Below, piece after piece: positions 1 through 10,500 of a stretch of 64,000 nt of DNA. A program made the translations under genes and the position numbers. Origin of the DNA: a virus. Lineage: Duplodnaviria; Caudoviricetes. The stretch's first letter is position 1. The number at the start of each line of letters is the position of its first letter. Location of the stretch: IMG/VR virus record IMGVR_UViG_3300007214_000006; one strand, written 5' to 3'. The notes below the pieces were generated by a model. It saw nothing but the letters and a program-made list of their open reading frames with translations. It was not told the DNA's origin and did no database searches.

Positions 1-1488
1 TGCAATAATTCTTTGAGAAGAATCTAAACATAATAATTGATTTGTTTGATTAATATATGGCAATCTTAATGATGTTAAAACGGATACTACACCAGTTGTA
101 ACTATATTAGAGGCTCTTATCCCGACAGACGAATCATTACCAGTACTTGCTATAGAAATAGAAGAAGACCCTAAAGAAATATTACTGTTGTTAAAACTTA
201 TACTATCGCCAGAAGACGATATTTCTAATTTTGCGCCACCATTGGAAATCAATGTTAGATCTGGATCTGTACTAATAGTTGTTTTAGATAGTATTCCATC
301 AGAAACTACAAAATTTATTTGCCCATCTCCATTTACAACAGATTTAGTATTAGCTTCTATTGATGCATACGAAACTTTATTTCCGCTATTGTTTTTAGCA
401 GAGAAGGAAACCTTGCCAATCGTCCTGTTGTCGGCGTTATTTAATGAGTATGGATTTTTATATAAAGCTATGTGGGCGGGAAATTCGCATGAAGATTTAT
501 TTTCTAATCTTAGATCTTCATTGCATATATTATTTATAATATGAAAAACTGTGGCTGGTTTTATGCCGGATGGCATATTTAATCCAAATCGTCCATCGTG
601 AGTAAAGATCAAATTTCTAGAAGGATAATTGGGTAAGTTGCCACTGCCATATACTATAAAATTACCTGATTCTTTAGTTTGATTAAATATTGTATCAAAA
701 GATCCAGATGAAGGAATCACATTTTTAGCTAAATTTTCTGTAGAAGAACCAAATAAAATTTTATTATTATTTCCAACATAAGCATTAGCTCCAGCAAAAG
801 AACCCGCATCATTATACTGTAATGATCTATCATCTCCATGTGGTGTGCTTTGTGCAGAAAACGCTGATTCTGCATCGTAAGATAAAGTGGATGTATTACT
901 ATTATTGGTATTCAGTATCACCCAATCTTTGCCGGTTGACACAATAGAAGCATAATCATCATTTGATAAAGATAATAAATGGCTGTTCTCATATTTAATA
1001 GATAATGATCCCGATCCGATAACTTTAAAAAATATTTCTAATCCAATATTATTTTTAGGATTCAATAAGCATGCTTCTATATATCCGGTTGATGTATCAA
1101 CTATGTAAACTGTCTTTTTGTTATCAATAGTAAAATTATTATTTTTAACAGAAACATTATTAAATCCTGTATTAAAATTTAATGAATTTACAAACAAATA
1201 AAACTGTTTTGTTCCTCTATCAGAAAATTGAGTTTGATGATTATTATTTGATGAAGAAACCACCGTTCTATTTGTTATCACTATTGCAGAATCTCTTTTA
1301 TAAATTTCTCCAGCGCCAATTTCCCATTCTATTGTATTTGAATCTATAATATTTCTAGCTAAATATGGTATAGTAGATCCGATATGAGATTCGTTTAGAT
1401 TGTTATATCCTGGTAATGTATTTAATATGACTATATCATTATTATTATTAACAGAAAAAAGACATCCTATATTATCGAATATATGCAT
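1..1488 (-). CDS. Tail fibre/tail-associated protein, 3'-truncated at the window edge (>=496 aa; missing from the ORF track)
   Basis: Manual translation from ATG at 1488 (MHIFDNIGCLFSVNNNND...): the stretches I translated (1488-781 and 180-1) are open in one frame, and I did not check 181-780 codon by codon. Contains the GDDRSLQYNDAGSFAGA motif typical of fibre repeats and lies directly downstream of the TMP. Confidence 0.75.
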   Translation of the reverse strand, partial: MHIFDNIGCLFSVNNNNDIVILNTLPGYNNLNESHIGSTIPYLARNIIDSNTIEWEIGAGEIYKRDSAIVITNRTVVSSSNNNHQTQFSDRGTKQFYLFVNSLNFNTGFNNVSVKNNNFTIDNKKTVYIVDTSTGYIEACLLNPKNNIGLEIFFKVIGSGSLSIKYENSHLLSLSNDDYASIVSTGKDWVILNTNNSNTSTLSYDAESAFSAQSTPHGDDRSLQYNDAGSFAGANAYVGNNNKILFGSSTENLAKNVIPSSGSFDTIFNQTKESGNFIVYGSGNLPNYPSRNLIFTHDGRFGLNMPSGIKPATVFHIINNICNEDLRLENKSSCEFPAHIALYKNPYSLNNADNRTIGKVSFSAKNNSGNKVSYASIEANTKSVVNGDGQINFVVSDGILSKTTISTDPDLTLISNGGAKLEISSSGDSISFNNSNISLGSSSISIASTGNDSSVGIRASNIVTTGVVSVLTSLRLPYINQTNQLLCLDSSQRIIA

Positions 1489-1514
1489 AGTTTAAAGCTC
1501 ATTATAAAAGGGTG

Positions 1515-4500
1515 TTAGGCTTGATCAAAAGGATTAATTAGTGGCGCTCCTGCTGTTTGATTTAATGCTGTTAGTTCAGCAAATTTTTCTCTTATAGAAT
1601 CCATAGCAATATCTTGTAGATCTGGTGATAACTTATTCAATGCAGAATCTCCATTAATTATCACATTATGAGTATGTGTTACTGTTATAGTTATTTCCTG
1701 TGGTATAGCACTTAATCCGGCCAAAGTATCGGCTACGCTCTTAAGTCTATTGGTAAATTCACCAATCTTATTAAGAGTATCCGTATCAATAGATGATACA
1801 CCATTTGTAGTTGTTGTGGTCAAACCGCCACCAATAGCAGAGGATGCGTTTTGAAAACCCGTAGTGATAGCGCTTGTAATTTGGCCAAAGATATCACCCA
1901 TAAAAGAAGATAAATTGAAACTGCTATTATTTGCTGACGTTATACCAGCTGTTTCGTAATAGTTGGGGAATATAATCCCGCCGCCTGATAAATATTTTAC
2001 TATTCCTCCCCTGCTATAGTGGCCTTCATTTATAGCTTTTAGAACAGGTAGGTGCTTTTGAGTAGCAGCCCTATTAACTACAAATTCTCCGGGTGTTAGC
2101 ATCGCAGGAACGGTATCTGTGCCTCTTGGTTGATAATTAACTAATGCTCCTTTGCTAGCATAAACTACCCCTCCGTTTGACATGGTTGCTGTTTGTTGAG
2201 CTGCTTCTTCTGCTTTTTTAGTTTGTTCTTCTTTTAGTGCTCCTGTGGCAATAATTATTTGAGCAACTTGGTTTGCGGTAAGGGTGTCTCTTCCGTTTTC
2301 TAAATTTAATAATGGTTTATAAGATTGTGAAAATTCATTCCAGTTTTTACTACCCTCATCAGATTTCATTGCTTTTAAGGATGTTGCCAGAAATTTATAA
2401 TCAAGAGCTTCGACCCAATTATCGGAACGACCCAGCTCGGTATCGTTTGGCTCACCAGTTGCCATTCCAGTATTAACCAACCGATCAAATTGATGGAAAT
2501 ACCATTGTAGGCTTTCTAATCTGTCTATTTTTTCTTCTCTTAATGCATCAGTAGGAATAATAGATTCTCCGTATTTATTTTTTCCTGATGTATAGAATGA
2601 TATTAATTGATCAAATAGATTAGATCTAGTACCTATATCCGGAAAAACTCTTTGAGGATCAAGAGCTAATTCTCTAACCTTATTCCAACTATCAGGGGTA
2701 ACATCTTTTTCTACCTTGGCCTGTCCTGATGCTCCAAAAGCATAACTATCTCCTTTTGCAACTCCTAATGGATTGCCTTTTTCGTCAACCGGCTGTTCAT
2801 ATGCGGTGCTTGTCATACTGCCTGTTTTAATCATAATTTCTCTATTTATAATAGATTGTAATAATTCAGGAGATGCCCCGGTATAATTTTTGTAATATCT
2901 TATAACATTATTTCCTAAAGTGCTTTTTTCTATTAAAGGCTCACTAAATGCATCGTCCGCCATATTCACACCAAGATTTTGTAATAATTTAGCATCTTTA
3001 TTATTATATATCTCGGCAAATGCTGCCCTCCATGCATCTATACTGTGTCTAGCATAACTATCACTAGGAGCATTGGCGGGAATTTTGGAACTTATTGCAA
3101 TAGCTGTGTTTCCTATATCTGCTATAGTAGTAATGTCTTTTTGTAGTGCTTCCTGCACATTTTTGGGTGATGATGTTTTAGCTAATTTATAGAACGCTCT
3201 AGCCAATGTTATTCTTTTAGCATCATTTACTTTGGCTAATTCGTCCATAGAAAAATCAGACTTAACTGCTGAAATTGCTTTTTCTTTTTCTATTTTATCT
3301 AGATTTTTTTGTCTAGCCTCTAAAAATTTAGAAAAATCATATGGAACCTCGGGATGATCTTCATTAGATAATGTAAAAGGCTCGACATTTGGATATGATG
3401 AAGGATCAAGGAATTGGGTTGTTTTGAAATTTGTTTGCTCTCCAGATAAGATCTTAGTAAGGCTGTTATTTAGGTCGGTTGTCCAAATAACGCTGCCTTG
3501 AGGAATAATGCCACCAGCAAAAGGATTAACAGGACTAATATCGGGTGATTGTGGCTCTATAAAAGCGTACCTTGGGCTTATAGGCTCATCAGTGTATCTA
3601 CGTGAACCCATATTGAATTTAAGGCTTGGAGCTAGATATCTGCGATATGTAAATTGAAGACCATCTTTATTATATTCTTCAATTTTACTATTAACGTTTT
3701 TCTTAACTAGTTCAATATTATCTTGGATATTTCCAAAGACAGAATTATAGTCCTCGGGGGTAAAGCCAGCATCTGTCCAAGCGAAAGATTTAATGTTATT
3801 ATTCGCTAGATCTTTCAGCTTAATAAAGTCATCACCAGTTTCTGAAAAATTAAATGACTTTTGAGCTTTTAATGCTGATATTCGACCAGAATAGTCTGAC
3901 CATTTTTTACTGATATTTTCGTTATAAAGAGTTAATGGACTTTGGTATCCCTCTATTGTTTTATTGAACGGGGCGCTTGGGATAGTGTTATTAAATAAAT
4001 TTTGAAAGTTTGATATTCTCTCTTTATTTTTCAAAGACTCTTCTGTTTCTTTAAATGATTTTTTATCTTTTAAAATAGAATGTGTTGTTGTTAAATTTTC
4101 TTGTAAAATAAAAATTTTATTTAAATAATCGCTTAAATAGGACATAGAGTCACCAAGATCATCAGATACTATCTCTGTTGCAAAATTTTGATTTCGTAAT
4201 GGTTTTGCTGCTATTTTTGGCAAATAGTTTCCTCCTCCTATGTATTCGCCTGCATCAAACGTAACGGTATTAGAATTTCCGGCATTAGCTTTAAATAGAT
4301 CATTGACTTCTGATGGCAGCAATAAAGCCCCATCAGAAATATTAGAAGCAGATTGGGTCAGATTTTTAATCACCCATGTAACCTGATTATTTTTTAGTTT
4401 CTCTTCTTTTCCTGGACTTATTGTACCATCTGCATTACGTATTAAGGACGTTTTAGTATTTTTTGTTGAAACAGAAAAGGATGGTGATGCCTGATTTGGT

Positions 4501-7500
4501 TTTATCTTATTAAGATCATAAATTATTTTATTTTTTCTTGCTGTTATTAATTCACCATTATTTTTATCTATAAAAGGTAGCATTTCTGATATTTTATTTG
4601 TTTTTTCTATAATATCATTTAAAATTGCCGATCCTTCTTCTATGCTTAAAGATGTTGTTTGATTTGTAGCATCGTCAATCCATTTTCTAGATGGAAGCTC
4701 AGTGAATTTTCTGGATAATTTATGTTTACTTTGGAACTTTAATGGCACAGAGTTATTGCTTGTTGATTGAATTTCATCAACACCGGTACCGAGCCCCCAA
4801 AATAAAGATTTTCCTGTTATTAATCTGTTTATATTTTTAGGTCTATTTATATCTTTGTTTTCATATAATTCGTCTGATGATAATAAATCTTCTTGAGATC
4901 TTGAGCTTAAAGCATAACCAATATTATCAAAGAAATAAAATTTTTCTTTTGTAATATCATTAGCGTTAATATATTTCCAATTTATATTATCTAATTTTAT
5001 GCTTTTATTAGTCCTACTTGTCTGTTCGTAATCTCTTTCGGCTTTGTCTTCTCTTTCTTTTTCGTCAGCTATATTTGACCATTTCTCATCTACAGCAACG
5101 TATCCTCCATCAGCATAATATTTTACCCTACCTCCACTACTATATCCTCCACTATTAATTTTATTTAATAACGGTAAATGTTTTTGCGTTGCTGATCGAT
5201 TAACCACAAACTCGCCAGGAGTTAACATAGCAGGAACAGTATCTGTGCCTTTTGGCTGAAAATTTACTAATTGTCCAGCAGCAGCGTATATTATACCTCC
5301 TGAGCTGAAACCGTCTGCTCCCATAGCCCCTGGTTTATTTTCAACAACCTGTCTTAACAGTTTAATTTCGTTTACAACATCGTTTAATTGAGCTCCCTCA
5401 AAGGTAAATTTAAATGTACTCATTACTGATGCAAGTTTTGTGGCCGCTGTTTCTTCGGTATTTTTGGCTATGGCTAAATTTAAAAGACCAAGTTCTTTAT
5501 TTGCAAGTGCCTGTAAATCAACTGCTTTTTTATATTCGGCGATTGCTGCTTGCATCTCAGGGTCACCTTCTGGATTTCTTAATGACTGAAGGACCTCTGC
5601 CATCATAGAATTAACGCCAACACCACTCTCCATAAGCATGCTTTCCAAAACATTAGCTTTCATTTCGTTTTGTTTTTCGCCAAGAAATGGTGCTATCATA
5701 TTAAAAGCATCCAAACTTTCTTTTCTCTGTTCTGCACTACTACCAAAGTTAATTCCGCCCTGCATATTATTATTTAATCTGTCCATTGCCCTATTTAGCT
5801 GACTAAATTCTTGAGGACTACTAGTCACCAGCCTTTCGGCCATATTGACACCGGCCTGTCTTTTTTGTTGTATCTCATTAATCTTGGCCATTGCGATACT
5901 GGCCATTTCGGTATTGTCTGCCATGCTCTTTAATGCGTCATAATTTTCTCTAAGAGCAATATTTGTATTTCTTAGCCTGTCTTGCATTAATTTAAATTCG
6001 TCAGCTCCACCAAAACCTCTTTGGCCAGCAGTATTACTCATGCTTTGTTGAGTTGCTCTTCTATCTTCCAATCTTCTAATATTTTGAGCTATAGCTGCCG
6101 GATCAGTTATTCCTCCAGTTTGACTTCTAACTCCAGCAGTAGCAACGTTCATTTGATCTCTCAAAGATATCTCTTTTCCAAGAACTTTATCCAATTCCAT
6201 TTGACCTCTAATTTGTATATCAGAAGCTCTTCTCATTCTAGAATTAGCTTCTACTTGTAAATCAACCATTTGATTCATGCTATTTGCATAATCATTTAAT
6301 CCATTTTGCCAATGTTCTAATGCTTTGAGTGCTGCTTCTTGTGCTCTTCTTGTAGCATCCATAACTTTTCCAAGTTGAGGAACTTTTTCCATTAAATCTC
6401 CAAAATCTATCTTTTCATCACCCTTTTGTCTAATTTGTCCTATAGCTTCATTGACTTGCTTGCTTAGTTTTGCAGATAAATCTGGCGGTATTTTTAGGTC
6501 TTCGAGTGCTTTTGATATATTGCTTTGTATCCTGATTCCAATTTTTTCATTTCCAGCTGTTGGGTCTTCTTTTATCGTTTTGTTAATAGTTGACATTATA
6601 GTATCTTCTATCGCTCCTCCAGCTTGTAATAATCCTTTCATTGTTGCTGATTCTGATCCAAACATATTGGCTGCATTTTGTGCGGCAGATGCTCTCTCGG
6701 TTTTGTTGTAAGCCCTTGGGTTTTGTAACACATTCATGCTTTTTAACGCAACTTGACCAGCTTTTGCATTTCCAGACAAAGCAGATGCTGATAGCTCTGC
6801 TTGTTGACTTAAATTATTTAATTGAAAAACATTACGTCCAATAGCTTGTTCCATATTCTGAAACATTCTTTCTAAGCTATTTTGTAAATGATTTGCTGAT
6901 CTATTTAGCTCTTCCAAAGATTTTTCTTTTAGGATTTTTGTTTGAATTTCTCTAGCTTTTCTTTCACCGTTTGCTGCTATAATACCAGCGATCATTGCTG
7001 ATTTTTGTTCTTTTTGAATATTTGTGCTATTTTCAATATTCATAATCTGTTCTTGTACAGATGCGTCCGCTAAAGCAAGACTTCTAATAAAGGAGTCGAA
7101 CTGGGGTTTATTTTCTGTCTCCAGATCAGATATAGATGTTCCAGATTTAATATTACTAGTTAAAAATTGTTGAGTAGCCTCTGCTGCCCCACGAAAATCA
7201 GCAGCTCTATCTCTTGACTTTTGTGGAATTAATGTAGAATATTGTCTAGATAATCCTATATCTGACGAAGAGTATCCTAAAGAATTTTTATTGGACATTC
7301 CAAACATGTTTGATATCGGATCTTCTAGTGTTTGTATATACGAGCCAACGCCTTTTGAAAATAATACTTCTGATCTTTTATCTACATTTTCTCCATAATC
7401 AAAAAGATTTGCAAATCCTAATTGAGGTTTATTTTTTGCCGTTATAACATTTTCTGTCTGTCCTATGGTCTGCAATACCTGCGTCCTAGCTGTTTCTTTA

Positions 7501-10500
7501 ACGGATCTATCTTTTAAATTTTCAGAAAATTTTTGTAAACTATTATTTGTTATTTCTATTGATGTCTCTAATTTTTTTTGTTCTGACGATATTGCAAATT
7601 CTCTAGCGGCATTTTCAGCATCAATAAAGGCTTTTGTCAATCCTATTACTGCTGTCGTCACCATTGCAACTGGTCCAGCAAATTTGGCGATACCACCCAT
7701 ACCTTGTGTCATCTCACTAACCATAGACCCCATCATCACAGAGCTGCCTATGGCAGTAGTCGCTCCCTGAGTTAGCGATTGTGATCTTGCTTGACTTGCT
7801 GTTTTTGCTTCTCCTCCAGCAAACAAATCGCCTATCATCGGAATAGCCATACTTAGCATAAAAGCTCTATTCATTGCACTATTTTGTCTATCTCCAGATG
7901 ATCCGGCTGCTACTGCTCTTCCTCCTACAAGCCCACCATTGTTTCTTCTTCTATTCGCAGCATTTCCAGCTAAAATAGCTTGTGAACCAGCACCCCCTCT
8001 ACCAAATCCTGCGTCTATCAAAGCTTGTTTTCTTGCTGCTGGGTCTAATGCCCTAAAACTATCACTTTGAGTTAAATCTCTCATAGAAGCCGATGCTCTA
8101 CGACCAGCTGCAACAGGAGCAATTCTGCTATTGGCAGTTGTTTGAGCATTTCTTGCTTGTTCTTGTGAAGAAAATGGCATTACTCCAATATTTTTTAATG
8201 TGTCTGGTAATACATTAGAAACCAAATTTCTAGCCCTTAATCCAGTTGATCTTATTGCTCCTCCTATTCCTCCAAGTCTATTTTGTCTTATTCGTTGAAT
8301 TTCTTCTTGTCTATCTCGTCTCTTATCACTGGAGTATATACTATCATAATAATCTCTACCAGTTTGATTGCCTCCAGCGCGTCTCTTAGGATTATATCTA
8401 CTAGACGGTCCAGAAACATCAGTCATTATTGTTTTCAAGCCTTGCTTATACTGCATAACTGCTGTTTTTTTTGCTTGTGCTATCTCTTTATCTGATTTTA
8501 ATGACATTTTCATTAATTGATTCGTCACCTGAGCATCAGTTAGATTTACTCCATATTGTTTTAGAGCAGCTTGTTTTATTCTCAGTATTCTTTGATCGAT
8601 ATCTATTGTGTCTGTTGCATATTTTTTTTGTATAGCTTGTATTCTATCGTCTCTTTCTTGACGAATGTTTCTTCTTAATGTTCTAGCCTGTGGTGTTGCT
8701 TCTGCAGTTTGCTGTCTTTGTTGCTGTCTCCTTCTAATTCTGGCTCTAATTTTATCTTCTCTTTGTTGAAGAGCATCTGCTTCTCCAGCTCTTATATCAT
8801 ATGTCATACCAGATCTTATATATTGTCCTGGCTCTAATGGTCTAACAGTTGTTCCTCTCGCAAACTTCTGAACAACTCCACCATTATGATATTTATTTAA
8901 TTTATGGAGATTAGAATATCCTATAGCTTGAGCAGAATGTCTGTTAATAACATACTCGCCCTCTTGGGCCATGATGGGTATTTCTCCACCAGCAGCATAT
9001 CTACCTCTAGCTCTTAAATATTTTTTTTGCTCTGTGGTTCTACCTTCATAATCAGAACTTCCTAGTCCTTGTCTTTGTTTCCATGTTGCTATTCTGTCTT
9101 GTTTTTGCATTATGGAGCCCTGTACCTTTTCAAGCAATCCAGCAGGCCCCGTATAAGGTCTTAAAGATTTTGGCAGCTTTTGGCTTTCACTGGGAATTCC
9201 CCAATCAGTATAAAATAAATCGCCTTTTGCGTTTCTTTTTGTAAATTCAGCTATAGCTTCTTCTGGGGTTAATGTTTTACCAGTAACCTCTCTCATTGCT
9301 TTTACAACATCATCTTTTAAATATTTCGATCCTCCATGAGTTATCAATTCTGGTCCTGATTCAGGAGCGCCTCCCTCGCTTAATTTTTGTACGGCTCCAC
9401 CAAAAGCAAAACCTCTAGCTTTAAGATAATTAGTAATATTGCTGGGTATTTTGCCTCTTGGTCCAGTTAAGGTTCTTTTGGCATCAACGGGAATATTAGC
9501 AAGCAAAGAATTATTAAACCAATTTCTTGCTATGGTTGCGCCAAGACCATAAGGAAAGTCAACGCTTCTATGAATCTCAGCTTCTTGTGCCATTGCCCCA
9601 TATAGTTGGGGCGCAGTTTCTTTAAGATAAGAACTAATTTCATTTTGAAATTTAGCCCCCTGGCTATCTGCTATTGCTTTTTTAGAGGCTCTATCTTTAT
9701 CAAATGTTAGTCCATAAGTATATGATTTGATATTTGATGCTTTTGCGGCCATAATATTTTCTGCAGCATCATCAACAAACACACTCGAAGATGACCCGGC
9801 GGCTTCTAATATTGTGTTTGCTTTTGCTACTCCAACAGCCTTATCTGACATACCGCTTCCACCGACACCTCTAACATTACCAGCCGGTATTGGTAAACCC
9901 TTTGAAGCCAACCATGAGGCAATAGCTCCCATTGTATTTTGAGGTCTAGCACTTACAACATACATATTCGACAATAAAGAAGATAACTGATCTGGCATTC
10001 TCTTTCGAGTTTTATTAACCAAACGCACCAGACCAGACATTAATATGCTGGGTTTTGCTTTCTGTAAGCCTCTGGTTACCAAATCAAGATCACCAAAAGC
10101 TGTATAGTCTGGTTTTGTTCCCTTTTTAGCTTTGTATCCTATTGGATCTGTTTTAAGTGCTAGCGTCTTATCAAAATCAAAAAATGCCTTTGTTCCCGAA
10201 CCGCCAGATAAAGCCTCAAGAATACTTTTTGTTAATCTCTCATTATTTCTTTTTCTAACACCAGATAATTCTTCTCTTGTATATTCTTTATCTAATTTAG
10301 ATGCTATTGGAGCATTTTTTATATCTATATAATTAGGATCATTTAGTTGTAACGATTTTAGTCTTGCGGCTCTAGCTGCTTTATTTTTGTCTAATACGGC
10401 ACCAAAGACTCTAACAGTAACTGGTTCTCTTAATCCCGCGCTTAATACTAACTCTTCTGGTGGAAATGGGTTCCCAAACATACCAACAGCACCAAATAGC

